Positions 34,785 through 43,639 are shown, numbered from the stretch's first letter. The stretch is 50,264 nt of DNA from Candidatus Ornithoclostridium faecigallinarum (GCA_018713665.1 DVOI01000021.1:1-50264), one strand, 5' to 3'. Notes: generated from the letters alone by a model not told the origin. A program made the numbers and translations.

Positions 34785-36056
34785 TTATCTCTCCACCCTG
34801 ATGACGTTGCGCACGCCGATCACGTTGGCAAGCCCGCTTATCTCCTCGATCGCGCTGCGCATGTCAAACTCTTTGGTCTTGTGCGTGACGAAGACGACGG
34901 GAATGATCTCCTTGCTGTCCGCCTGCCTCATCTGGCTGATCGAGACCTTGTGCTTTTTGAACACCGCCGCGATGTCCGCGATCACGCCGACCACGTCGTG
35001 CACGTCGAGCCTGATGTAGTAGTCGCTCTCGTAATTCGCCTCGATGTCCGCCTCGGTCATGCTGGTGTTCATCTCCGAATAGCGCGCGTGCTTTTCCTGC
35101 CTCGCGCAGAACACGATGTCGCTGACGATCGCGCTGCCCGTCGGAAGCGCGCCCGCGCCCCTGCCGTACAACATGATGTCGCCGACGTTGTCGCCGACAA
35201 GGAAGACGGCGTTGAACGAATCGTTGACGTTGGCAAGCGGATGATCCTTGGCAAGGAACACCGGCGTGACCCTCGCCTCGATCTTGTCGCCGTGACGCTT
35301 CGCGATCGCCAAAAGTTTGATCACAAAGCCCATCTCGCCCGCGACCTTGATGTCCGTCTTGGTAATCTTGGTGATGCCTTCGCGCGAGATCAGATCGACC
35401 GGAAGCCTCTTGTTGAACGCGAGCGAAGACAATATCGACAGCTTGTAGCTGGAATCGTAACCCTCGACGTCCGCGACCGGGTTCGCCTCGGCATAGCCGA
35501 GCGCCTGCGCGTCTTTGAGCACCTCGGCATAGTCCGCGCCCTCTTGGGTCATCTTGCTGAGGATGTAGTTGGTCGTGCCGTTGATGATCGCCTTGATCTC
35601 GAGTATGGAGTTGGCTTGCATCGCCTGAGTCATAACGCGTATGATCGGCATGCCGCCGCCCGTCGTCGCCTCATAGTAGAGACCCGCGCCCGTCTTCGCC
35701 GCCGCCTTTTCGAGGTCGACCCAGCTCTTGGCGAACATCTCCTTGTTGGAGGTGACGATGCTCTTGCCCGCGAGCAACGCCTTGGTCAGGAAAGTCTTGG
35801 CAGGCTCCAATCCGCCCATGCACTCGACGACGATGTCGACGTCCGGATTGTCGCAAATGTCGTCGATGCTGTCGGCGACGATGCTCTCGTCAAGCCCGTA
35901 TTTGAGCACCTTTTCCTTGAACTTGTCGAGCACCGCAACGACGGTGAGATCGACGCCGTATTCGTCCGCGATCTGCTTCTTTTTTTCGAGAAGTATTTCG
36001 AGCGTGCCGCCTCCTACAACTCCCAGTCCGAGTATCGCTACTCCTGCTTTCTTCAT
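34785..36056 (-). CDS. hom: Homoserine dehydrogenase (with C-terminal ACT domain)
   Basis: 423 aa. VAILGLGVVGGG Rossmann N-terminus and the NGTTNYIL motif. Confidence 0.93.
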   Translation of the reverse strand: MKKAGVAILGLGVVGGGTLEILLEKKKQIADEYGVDLTVVAVLDKFKEKVLKYGLDESIVADSIDDICDNPDVDIVVECMGGLEPAKTFLTKALLAGKSIVTSNKEMFAKSWVDLEKAAAKTGAGLYYEATTGGGMPIIRVMTQAMQANSILEIKAIINGTTNYILSKMTQEGADYAEVLKDAQALGYAEANPVADVEGYDSSYKLSILSSLAFNKRLPVDLISREGITKITKTDIKVAGEMGFVIKLLAIAKRHGDKIEARVTPVFLAKDHPLANVNDSFNAVFLVGDNVGDIMLYGRGAGALPTGSAIVSDIVFCARQEKHARYSEMNTSMTEADIEANYESDYYIRLDVHDVVGVIADIAAVFKKHKVSISQMRQADSKEIIPVVFVTHKTKEFDMRSAIEEISGLANVIGVRNVIRVER

Positions 36057-36096
36057 ATATTTCTCCTTGTGCCGTATGGCGAAATTTATTTCTTTT

Positions 36097-36933
36097 TCAG
36101 ATGTTTTTTGCGTGCCTGTGTCGATATTCGACGTTGTTGCGCCGCTTGACCTGTCTTCCTGCGACAGCGATGTTTGCGTCGTAGAGCAGCTTGAGCCCTT
36201 TGAGCGTCAGCGACCTGTCGACGATGTCGAGCATCTTTTCGCCGCCCTGAACGAGCTGTGACAAACCGCCGGTCGCAACGACCTTGGCGTCCTCGAAGCC
36301 CCTCTCCTTGCGGAACTCGGCGATGATGTAGCCGACGAGCCCGGTAAAGCCGTAGATGATGCCCGCCTGCAAATTGGACTCTGTCGTCTTGCCGACGACG
36401 CTCTCCGGACGGATGAGCTCGACGTTGGTCAGCCTCGCGGTGTTGTTGACCAGCGACTCCATCGCCGACTTGATGCCGGGAGCGATGCATCCCCCGAGGA
36501 ACTCTCCCCTTTCGGAGATGAGGTTGAACGTCGTCGCGGTGCCGAAGTCGACCACTATGCACGGTCCGCCGTACAGCTTGTAGGCGGCGACGCTGTTGAC
36601 GATGCGGTCGGCGCCGACCTCGTGCGGATTGGTGTATTTGACGTCAAGCCCCGTCTTGATGCCCATGCCGACCATCATCGGCTTGATGCCGATATAGTAC
36701 TCGCAGGCGTGCTCGATCGTATAGTTGATCGGCGGACAGACGCTGGACATGATCACGCCGTCGATGTCGTCGAACGTCACCCCGACGCCGGCGAACAGCT
36801 CGCCCATCACCGCGCCGAATTCGTCCGAAGTGCGCTCCACCTTGACGGACATACGCCACGACTGTATCATCTTGCCGCCGTCGTAGACGCCCATCTTGAT
36901 GTTGGTGTTGCCCACGTCAATTACCAGAAGCAT
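36097..36933 (-). CDS. coaX: Type III pantothenate kinase
   Basis: 278 aa. MLLVIDVGNTNIKMGVY and GADRIVNSVAA motifs. Confidence 0.92.
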   Translation of the reverse strand: MLLVIDVGNTNIKMGVYDGGKMIQSWRMSVKVERTSDEFGAVMGELFAGVGVTFDDIDGVIMSSVCPPINYTIEHACEYYIGIKPMMVGMGIKTGLDVKYTNPHEVGADRIVNSVAAYKLYGGPCIVVDFGTATTFNLISERGEFLGGCIAPGIKSAMESLVNNTARLTNVELIRPESVVGKTTESNLQAGIIYGFTGLVGYIIAEFRKERGFEDAKVVATGGLSQLVQGGEKMLDIVDRSLTLKGLKLLYDANIAVAGRQVKRRNNVEYRHRHAKNI

Positions 36934-37522
36934 GTTTGCCCTCCTGCGCGTTTATCGCATACACTATCGGCGGTGTAAGCAGTGTGAATGCGATCAGTTC
37001 TATCACGAAATTGATGGAGATCATCGCGCTCATGAACTCGGGAGTTATCGCGCTGTCCCCGACCGTCTTGCCGCCGTAAAGCAGCCATATCATCCCAAGC
37101 ACCAAAGCGGTGTTGGCGACGACTCCGACCGCCGCACAGACCGCGTCGATCGCGATCTTCGCCGCCTTGCGCGGCGCGTGCCCCTCTTCTTTGCCGCGTC
37201 TTTCCGCCGCGAGCAGCAGCCTTTGAAGCCCGTGCGCGGCAAGAGGCGCGATCATCCTCGTCACTACCGAGACCAACGGGTTGCGGAAGAGCGGCGCCGT
37301 GATGTTGCCCGCCCCCGTCGTGAACGCCCCGATCAGGGAGACAAGCCCCATGATCAGTCCCGCGGTCAACGTGATCTTCCAATCCTGCGTGAGCGCGAGC
37401 ACCAGCACGGGCAAAAGCGTCAACGCTATCGTCGCGGTGCCGAAGCTGATCGGCATAAGCCCGAAGATGACGATGAGCGCAAGCCCGACCGCGGTGATCG
37501 CGATCCTTTTCGATCTCTTCAT
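36917..37522 (-). CDS. ECF transporter S-component-like membrane protein (pantothenate-specific PanT is a context guess)
   Basis: 201 aa with about 5-6 TM segments. It overlaps the coaX start by 17 nt. GAGGGA Shine-Dalgarno. Confidence 0.65.
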   Translation of the reverse strand: MKRSKRIAITAVGLALIVIFGLMPISFGTATIALTLLPVLVLALTQDWKITLTAGLIMGLVSLIGAFTTGAGNITAPLFRNPLVSVVTRMIAPLAAHGLQRLLLAAERRGKEEGHAPRKAAKIAIDAVCAAVGVVANTALVLGMIWLLYGGKTVGDSAITPEFMSAMISINFVIELIAFTLLTPPIVYAINAQEGKHASGN

Positions 37523-37610
37523 ATTCCCTCGCTTGGGCTCGCAGAGCGATACCCATCAAGACACGATCTTGCTTTCGTACGGCTCCTCTCGGGATGCCGC
37601 CGTTTTGATT

Positions 37611-37639
37611 ATTGTACCAAAATTCTGCCCGATTTTCAA
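37611..37639 (-). promoter_or_regulatory. Putative promoter (TTGAAA-17-TACAAT, extended -10) of the S-component/coaX/hom/uvr gene string
   Basis: The minus strand reads TTGAAA (37639-37634), a 17-nt spacer ending in tgg, then TACAAT (37616-37611). This leaves a leader of about 85-90 nt. Confidence 0.45.
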
Positions 37640-37682
37640 CCGAATGAACGCCCTTGCGCGCATTTTGTTGCGAACGCGCGCG

Positions 37683-37710
37683 TAAAATAAGACCGCCCCT
37701 TGCGGAGCGG
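37683..37710 (-). terminator. Terminator of the 93-aa membrane protein gene
   Basis: The minus strand reads CCGCTCCgcaaGGGGCGG followed by tcttatttta. Confidence 0.55.
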
Positions 37711-37715
37711 ACGGG

Positions 37716-37997
37716 TCATTGCGCCTTTGTCTCTTCGGACGGGCTGTCCTCCGGAGGCTCCTCTTTTGCGAGTTTTTTGCGGTACGCGCGGAAGTTGAGC
37801 ACCTCCCACACCGTGTCGACGACCGCGACAGGCAGCACGCCGCAAAGCGTGAACGTCCAATACTCATCCGGATAGACGGCGACGAACATCACCCACGCGA
37901 TGAACATCGCAGGCGTGACGATCATCTTCCAGATCTTGTACGGCAGCGGCTTGGGCGTCATATCCAGCCACCATGTGACGAAGTTGTACTTTTTCAT
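37716..37997 (-). CDS. Small membrane protein (2-3 TM) with an acidic C-terminal tail
   Basis: 93 aa: MKKYNFVTWWLDMTPKPLPYKIWKMIVTPAMFIAWVMFVAV...KEEPPEDSPSEETKAQ. No family recognised. Confidence 0.6.
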   Translation of the reverse strand: MKKYNFVTWWLDMTPKPLPYKIWKMIVTPAMFIAWVMFVAVYPDEYWTFTLCGVLPVAVVDTVWEVLNFRAYRKKLAKEEPPEDSPSEETKAQ

Positions 37998-38045
37998 ACG
38001 CCTATCATATCACGCCGCGCCGCCGTTGTCAACTCGCATGGGCGC

Positions 38046-38075
38046 GAAAAAGCGGCAAAGCCGTCGCCTTGCCGC
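38046..38075 (-). terminator. Terminator of the Cys-rich miniprotein gene
   Basis: The minus strand reads GCGGCAAGgcgacggcTTTGCCGC followed by TTTTT. Confidence 0.6.
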
Positions 38076-38107
38076 CCGTCGGCGCACGCTGCGCCCCGCG
38101 GTATGTA

Positions 38108-38269
38108 TTATTTGCAGCCGCAATCGCCGCCGCAGCAGCTGAGCGCGACAAGCACCGGAATGATGTTGTTGCAGCCGCAGCCGCCTTTGCATCCGCCGCA
38201 GCAGAGCATGAGCAAGATGATCCAAAGGCAATCGTTGCCGCCGAATCCGCATTCGTTGAAATTGTTCAT
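38108..38269 (-). CDS. 53-aa Cys/Gly-rich hydrophobic miniprotein (below the ORF-track size cut-off)
   Basis: Hand translation: MNNFNECGFGGNDCLWIILLMLCCGGCKGGCGCNNIIPVLVALSCCGGDCGCK*. GGGAGG Shine-Dalgarno 8 nt upstream (38278-38283) and its own terminator downstream. Confidence 0.6.
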   Translation of the reverse strand: MNNFNECGFGGNDCLWIILLMLCCGGCKGGCGCNNIIPVLVALSCCGGDCGCK

Positions 38270-38363
38270 AATTGAGACCTCCCGTTATGATCGAGCGCTC
38301 GTGCGCTCTTTCTAATTCACAATACGCTTTTGCTCGGCGAAGTGTTACTTGCCCGCAAAACGT

Positions 38364-38392
38364 TTGACAATCTCCCCTTCACTGCTTATAAT
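38364..38392 (+). promoter_or_regulatory. Perfect consensus promoter TTGACA-17-TATAAT for glyQS
   Basis: TTGACA 38364-38369, 17-nt spacer, TATAAT 38387-38392. The leader before ATG 38444 is about 45 nt. Confidence 0.6.
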
Positions 38393-38443
38393 CATTTATG
38401 CAACAAATTCATGCGCCCGTATGCGCAAAAGGAAGGACTTATC

Positions 38444-39832
38444 ATGGGTCAACTCACAATGGACAAACTCGTCGCCCTCTGCAAGAGCAGAGGCTTCATC
38501 TTCCCCGGCAGCGAGATCTACGGCGGGCTCGCCAACACATGGGACTACGGTCCGCTCGGCGTCGAGCTCAAAAACAACGTCAAGCGCGCGTGGTGGAAGA
38601 AATTCGTGCAGGAAAATCCGCTCAACACCGGCGTCGACTGCGCGATCTTGATGAACCCCAACGTATGGGTCGCAAGCGGCCACGTCGGAGGCTTCTCCGA
38701 CCCCTTGATGGACTGCAAGAGCTGCAAGTCCCGCCACCGCGCCGACGACCTCATCGAGGACTATATGAAGCGCAAGGGCATCGAGGAGGGCATCGCCGGC
38801 TGGGACAACGCCAAGATGGAAAAATACATCGCCGATCACAAGATTCCCTGCCCCGTCTGCGGCAAGAGCGACTTCACCAGCGTCAGACAATTCAACCTGA
38901 TGTTCAAGACCTTCCAGGGCGTCACCGAGGACACGGTCAGCACGCTGTACCTGCGCCCGGAGACCGCTCAGGGCATCTTTGTCAACTTCCTCAACGTCCA
39001 GCGCACTTCCCGTCTCAAAGTGCCTTTCGGCATCGGTCAGATCGGCAAGAGCTTCCGCAACGAGATCACGCCCGGCAACTTCATCTTCCGCGTCCGCGAG
39101 TTCGAACAGATGGAGCTTGAATTCTTCTGCAAGCCCGGCACAGACCTCGAATGGTTCAACTATTGGAAAAACTTCTGCAAGGAGTGGCTGCTCGGGCTGG
39201 GAATCAAGGAGGAAAACCTCAAACTACGCGACCACGACCCCGAAGAGCTTGCGTTCTACTCCAACGCGACGACCGACTTCGAGTTCAAGTTCCCGTTCGG
39301 CTGGGGCGAACTGTGGGGCGTCGCCGACCGCACCGACTACGACCTCAAAGCACATATGAAGACGAGCGGCAAGAGCCTCGAATACCTCGACCCCGCGACC
39401 AACGAAAAATACGTTCCCTATGTCATCGAGCCGTCGCTCGGCGTGGAGAGAATGGTCCTCGCGCTGCTGTGCAACGCCTACGAAGAGGAAGACCTCGAAG
39501 GCGGCGATACCCGCGTCGTCATGCACCTGCATCACGCAATCGCTCCCTACAAGGTCGCCGTCCTCCCCCTCCAAAAGAAGGCGCTCGGCGAAGAGGCGGA
39601 AAAGATCTACCGCGACCTCGCGAAGAAGTTCTCCGCCACCTACGACGAGACAGGCAGCATCGGCAAACGCTACCGCCGTCAGGACGAGATCGGCACCCCG
39701 TTCTGCGTGACCGTCGACTTCGACACCGTCGACAACGGCACCGTCACCGTCCGCGAACGCGACACGATGGCACAAGTCCGCATCCCCGTCGGCGAACTCG
39801 ACGCCTACCTGACCAACGCGCTCGACTATTGA
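38444..39832 (+). CDS. glyQS: Glycine--tRNA ligase (alpha2 dimer type)
   Basis: Trimmed to ATG 38444, which follows an AAGGAAGGA Shine-Dalgarno. [39 protein letters not shown]. Confidence 0.95.
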   Translation: MGQLTMDKLVALCKSRGFIFPGSEIYGGLANTWDYGPLGVELKNNVKRAWWKKFVQENPLNTGVDCAILMNPNVWVASGHVGGFSDPLMDCKSCKSRHRADDLIEDYMKRKGIEEGIAGWDNAKMEKYIADHKIPCPVCGKSDFTSVRQFNLMFKTFQGVTEDTVSTLYLRPETAQGIFVNFLNVQRTSRLKVPFGIGQIGKSFRNEITPGNFIFRVREFEQMELEFFCKPGTDLEWFNYWKNFCKEWLLGLGIKEENLKLRDHDPEELAFYSNATTDFEFKFPFGWGELWGVADRTDYDLKAHMKTSGKSLEYLDPATNEKYVPYVIEPSLGVERMVLALLCNAYEEEDLEGGDTRVVMHLHHAIAPYKVAVLPLQKKALGEEAEKIYRDLAKKFSATYDETGSIGKRYRRQDEIGTPFCVTVDFDTVDNGTVTVRERDTMAQVRIPVGELDAYLTNALDY

Positions 39833-39866
39833 TCGCCGACCGCCGACGTCTCAAACACGACAAAAA

Positions 39867-39897
39867 CGCGACCCCAAACCGGGGCCGCGTATTTTTT
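39867..39897 (+). terminator. Terminator of glyQS
   Basis: CGCGACCCC-aaacc-GGGGCCGCG followed by tattttttg. Confidence 0.65.
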
Positions 39898-39943
39898 GCG
39901 CTTGTCTTTGCGTACGCAGATCCGAAGAGATCCGCTCTCTTCC

Positions 39944-39973
39944 TTGCGGTCGCGCCGCACATTGTGATATCAT
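39944..39973 (+). promoter_or_regulatory. Promoter TTGCGG-18-TATCAT (extended -10) placed 6 nt before the ATG (leaderless geometry)
   Basis: TTGCGG 39944-39949, 18-nt spacer ending in tgtga, TATCAT 39968-39973, tatctt, ATG 39980. No Shine-Dalgarno site. Confidence 0.5.
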
Positions 39974-39979
39974 TATCTT

Positions 39980-40723
39980 ATGAACGAACACAAATTCGAC
40001 GGCAAGGCGAGGCTGTATGCCGCCTATCGGCCGTCATATGCAAGCGGATTGATCGACGATTTGGTCGAGGATTTGCCCAAAGGGGCGAAGGTCGCAGACA
40101 TAGGTTCGGGGACGGGCAAGCTGACCGAACTTTTGCTCGCGCGCGGCATGAATGTCTTTGCGGTCGAGCCCAACGACGATATGCGCGCCGCAGCGGAAGA
40201 AGCCTTTGGCGGCAACGCGCTGTTTTGCTCCGTTCCGGCAAGCGCAGAAAGCACAACTCTCCCCGATGGCAAAATGGAGTTGGTCACCGCGGCGCAGGCG
40301 TTCCATTGGTTCGACCGCGACGCGTTCCGCAAGGAATGCCGCCGCATTTTGGCTCCGGGCGGCGAAGTCGCGCTGATCTGGAACGGCTATGACGAGACAT
40401 CCGCCGAGGCGATCGAGCTCGAAGAGATCTTGCACCGCTATTGCCCCGCATTCAAGGGCTTCCGCGGAGGAGTCAGGCTGGCGCGCTCGTTCGACGACTT
40501 CTTTGAATCATACACGACAAAGACCTACCCCGGCTCCGTCGCATACGACCGCGACGCCTTTGTCGGCAGGTCACTCTCGTCGTCTTATGCTTTGACTCAA
40601 AGCGACAGCAAATACGAAGAATACATCGCCGCGTTGAACGGCTACTTCGACGAATTTTCCGAGAACGGAGTCCTCACGCTGCCGCTGATCGCCGTCTGTC
40701 ATAAGGGAATACCAAAGGCATAG
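39980..40723 (+). CDS. Class I SAM-dependent methyltransferase
   Basis: 247 aa. Motif I VADIGSGTGKLTELL, then VFAVEPNDDM and ELVTAAQAFHWF. Confidence 0.88.
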   Translation: MNEHKFDGKARLYAAYRPSYASGLIDDLVEDLPKGAKVADIGSGTGKLTELLLARGMNVFAVEPNDDMRAAAEEAFGGNALFCSVPASAESTTLPDGKMELVTAAQAFHWFDRDAFRKECRRILAPGGEVALIWNGYDETSAEAIELEEILHRYCPAFKGFRGGVRLARSFDDFFESYTTKTYPGSVAYDRDAFVGRSLSSSYALTQSDSKYEEYIAALNGYFDEFSENGVLTLPLIAVCHKGIPKA

Positions 40724-40783
40724 GCGATCAAGAGCGCGTTTGCGCCATTGCGCGACCGCGTCTTTGCACAGCTGATCTTCATC

Positions 40784-40816
40784 AAAAAAAGCCCCGCATC
40801 TGCGAGGCTTGAATTT
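40784..40816. terminator. Bidirectional terminator-like hairpin between convergent genes
   Basis: aaaaaaaGCCCCGCAtctGCGAGGCttgaatttt, a stem with one mismatch. Confidence 0.45.
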
Positions 40817-40831
40817 TGCCGAAAACAGCTT

Positions 40832-41257
40832 TTACTTGGACGGCGTGTCGTAGCTGCGCCGCTTCTCGAACGTCACCTTTTTGGAAAGAAGATTGACATA
40901 GGTGACCATGTAGCCGGCCCTCATCCAAGCGCGTGAAATGGTGTGGGTGTCGGTGTTGCTCCAATAGGCGCGGTAGTTGTACGCCGAACGCGGCAGCTTG
41001 TCGCCGACGAGCTGTTCAATCTGCTCAAACGACATCGTGATCGAATCGCCGCCGTTGTCGTGCAGATAGTCGGCAAGAAAGCGATACTTGCCCTTGATGC
41101 CGATTTCGAAGACGGGCTGCTTCTCTCTCGCCCTCGCCTGACGCGGAACGGCAGGAACATCGGCAAGTTTTTTCTCAAGCAAAGTCTCGAGCTTATCCAG
41201 CCTGCTCTCCAGCGCCTCGATGCGCAACATCAATTCGGAAATATCGTCTTCGTACAT
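40832..41257 (-). CDS. Hypothetical protein: N-terminal coiled coil plus an unrecognised ~75-aa C-terminal domain
   Basis: 141 aa with a GGAGG Shine-Dalgarno. MYEDDISELMLRIEALESRLDKLETLLEKK...LPRSAYNYRAYWSNTDTHTISRAWMRAGYMVTYVNLLSKKVTFEK. Confidence 0.7.
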   Translation of the reverse strand: MYEDDISELMLRIEALESRLDKLETLLEKKLADVPAVPRQARAREKQPVFEIGIKGKYRFLADYLHDNGGDSITMSFEQIEQLVGDKLPRSAYNYRAYWSNTDTHTISRAWMRAGYMVTYVNLLSKKVTFEKRRSYDTPSK

Positions 41258-41474
41258 GGTTTACCTCCGCGGCTTTTGCCGTCGATTATATGATAACATT
41301 ATTTTTCGGTAAAAACAAGTAAACGGCGCACCTTTTTGTCACAATTTGTCAAAAAATACTTCTGGACGCTTTCGCCGAACTCAAAAACTATTACCAAAAA
41401 CATAAAAATCAATTATTATCAATTTGCACGACGTATTATCGATTATTATCTATGTTCAAAATATACTCGAACCG

Positions 41475-42221
41475 TCACTTTTCGCCTTGGCTACTCAATT
41501 TTTTGAGACAACTTTTGGGACACTCGGCAATACATATCCCGCATACGGCGCCCCTGCCGATATGCTTGTAAGCCGCCTTCATATGCGCACTGCATTTGGC
41601 GACGTCGACAAGCTCGGAGACGTCGTCCCCCTCGACATAGTTCTTGCCGTATATCGCGCCCGCCGGGCACGCCATTTTGCAAACCTCGCAATCTCCGCAA
41701 CCGCCGCCGCAAAGCGTCCGCGACAGATCGAACTCCTTGTCGGTCAGCACGCTCGCGAGCCTGACCTTGGCGCCGAACTCTCGGCTGAGGAACAGCGCGT
41801 TCTTGCCGATGTACCCGGCGCCGCTCAGGCGCGCGCCCGTCTTGTGAGCAAACGCCCCTTTGAACGGATCGGAATCGGACGATTGGCTCGCGGGTATCGC
41901 GATCGCGTCAAAACCTTGAGAATTGAGGAACGTCGCAACGCGCAGCGTCATACGGTCGAGCGCGGCGTTGACAGTGCGATAGTGGTGAAAATATTCGTAC
42001 GTCGGCGCGCCTTGAATACCTTTGAGAATGCCGTCGAACAATTTGAAACCGACTGTGACGCAACTGCGATAGCCGTGGTTTTCGGCAACATCCGAAACGT
42101 CCGAAAAGCCGACGAACGCCGCGCCGTCGTCGAACAGCATTTCGCATATCCGCGCGTCGACTTCGTCCGCCGACTTCAAGCCGTAGATCAATTCTGCTCT
42201 CTCTTTGCCGTACATCTTCAT
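41475..42221 (-). CDS. 4Fe-4S dicluster protein, short QueG/reductive-dehalogenase-related type
   Basis: 248 aa. The Cys motifs CGDCEVCKMACP and CGICIAECP are ferredoxin-type cluster signatures. Confidence 0.7.
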   Translation of the reverse strand: MKMYGKERAELIYGLKSADEVDARICEMLFDDGAAFVGFSDVSDVAENHGYRSCVTVGFKLFDGILKGIQGAPTYEYFHHYRTVNAALDRMTLRVATFLNSQGFDAIAIPASQSSDSDPFKGAFAHKTGARLSGAGYIGKNALFLSREFGAKVRLASVLTDKEFDLSRTLCGGGCGDCEVCKMACPAGAIYGKNYVEGDDVSELVDVAKCSAHMKAAYKHIGRGAVCGICIAECPKSCLKKLSSQGEK

Positions 42222-42227
42222 ATCGAT

Positions 42228-42257
42228 ATGATATCACAGATCGCGCGACTTCCGCAA
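42228..42257 (-). promoter_or_regulatory. Promoter TTGCGG-18-TATCAT (extended -10) placed 6 nt before the ATG (leaderless geometry)
   Basis: The minus strand reads TTGCGG (42257-42252), an 18-nt spacer ending in tgtga, TATCAT (42233-42228), atcgat, ATG 42221. Confidence 0.5.
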
Positions 42258-42367
42258 GCGCCGCGGCCCCCGACAAAACACCGCTGAACCGCGTATGACT
42301 CCGCTCAACCTTCGCTCTGTTTGCCATATCGTATCGTTCCGTCTCTTTCCCGCATTCATATTATAAC

Positions 42368-42401
42368 GCAGGCGATGTACCGTTCAAGGTACATCGCCTG
42401 C
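42368..42401. terminator. Perfect 14-bp hairpin 19 nt downstream of the CDF gene stop
   Basis: GCAGGCGATGTACC-gttcaa-GGTACATCGCCTGC. There is no canonical U-tract on the minus strand, and the plus strand has attttt 8 nt later. Confidence 0.45.
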
Positions 42402-42419
42402 GCCGTAAAATTTTTCGGT

Positions 42420-43583
42420 TCAATTGAGCTGTCTTTCCACCGTGGGCATGGGGTTGAGTTTTGGGTCTATCGCGGCGAAGGCGTCTTTGATGCGCTTTTC
42501 GACATCGTCTTCGGTCAGCTTCCCTCCGAACGGAATGGCTACGTCAAAGATGAGGTTGACCCGGGCGGCGCCGTTGACGACGCGGAAATCGTGTATATTG
42601 AACTCGGGATCTATCGCACGGACTACGCCGAGCGTCATCTCGCGGTATCTGTCCGCGATCGGATCGTCAACCGCGATCGGATCGATGTGGACGAGCATGA
42701 CAATCTCGGTATTTGCGGCGAAGTCGCGCTCTATCTCGTCGGCAAGCTCGTGCCCGTCGTTGATGGACATGCGGCTGTCCACCTCGACATGGACGCTCGC
42801 GTAAAGTTTTTTGCCGTAGCTGTGGACGTTGAGATCGTGCAGACCTACCACGCCTTGATAGCTCATCACCCTGTCCTTGATGCCCTCGACGACCTCCTTG
42901 TCGGGCGCCTCGCCGAGCAAGCGGCTGAGCGTGGAGCGAAATATACCTATGCCCGCGACGGCGATTAAGATCGCGACGACAAGCCCCATCACCCCGTCAA
43001 GGTCGACGGACGTAAAGTGCGATATGATCAACGCGACTATGACCGCGAGCGTCGCCGCCGAGTCGCTTATGCTGTCCGTCGCGGTCGCTTTGAGTGCGGG
43101 CGACGAGATCTTTTTGGCAAGCAATCGATTGAAGAAGAACATCCACAGCTTGACCAGCACGGACACGGCAAGAACGACAATCGTCGCGATAGAAAATTCG
43201 CTCTCCTCGGGCGAAATCAGCTTGCCGACAGACTCGATTGCCAGCTCGACCGCAACGACGAGCACGATGAACGCGACGATCATCGCCGCGATATATTCCA
43301 TTCTTTGGTGCCCGTACGGATGCTCTTTGTCCGCAGGCTTTTCGGCGACCTTGAACCCGATCACCGACACGACATTACTGCCGCAGTCGGTCAGGTTGTT
43401 GAAGCCGTCCGCAGTGACGGACAGCGCGCCGAACAGCGTGCCGACGACGATCTTGCCGACGGCAAGCAAAATATTGAGCACGATCCCGACCGCCCCCGCA
43501 AGCGTGCCGTATGCGGCGCGGACCCGGGGCGAATCGACGTCGTCGGCGTCTTTGACAAACAATTTGATCAAAAGTCTTCCCAT
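42420..43583 (-). CDS. Cation diffusion facilitator (CDF) family metal efflux transporter
   Basis: 387 aa with six TM segments, DSISD/HxxxD-type motifs and a C-terminal cytoplasmic domain. Confidence 0.92.
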   Translation of the reverse strand: MGRLLIKLFVKDADDVDSPRVRAAYGTLAGAVGIVLNILLAVGKIVVGTLFGALSVTADGFNNLTDCGSNVVSVIGFKVAEKPADKEHPYGHQRMEYIAAMIVAFIVLVVAVELAIESVGKLISPEESEFSIATIVVLAVSVLVKLWMFFFNRLLAKKISSPALKATATDSISDSAATLAVIVALIISHFTSVDLDGVMGLVVAILIAVAGIGIFRSTLSRLLGEAPDKEVVEGIKDRVMSYQGVVGLHDLNVHSYGKKLYASVHVEVDSRMSINDGHELADEIERDFAANTEIVMLVHIDPIAVDDPIADRYREMTLGVVRAIDPEFNIHDFRVVNGAARVNLIFDVAIPFGGKLTEDDVEKRIKDAFAAIDPKLNPMPTVERQLN

Positions 43584-43610
43584 ACTTCACCGATATGATA
43601 GTATGCCAAA

Positions 43611-43639
43611 ATTATATCACGCGCGCACGCATATGACAA
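43611..43639 (-). promoter_or_regulatory. Putative CDF promoter (TTGTCA-17-TATAAT, extended -10)
   Basis: The minus strand reads TTGTCA (43639-43634), a 17-nt spacer ending in gtga, then TATAAT (43616-43611). Confidence 0.5.

Noticed and set aside
38270-38443. Expected glycine T-box leader upstream of glyQS
   Set aside because: A consensus promoter at 38364-38392 leaves only about 45 nt of leader, which is too short for a T-box. I saw no specifier or T-box sequence.
42368-42401. Shared GGCGATGT/ACATCGCC core between this 14-bp hairpin and the inverted repeat at 2815-2874
   Set aside because: An 8-mer is expected about once per 50 kb on both strands, and ACATCGCC also occurs inside the MDR-like gene (about 4335-4345). 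That is insufficient evidence for a common operator or mobile repeat.
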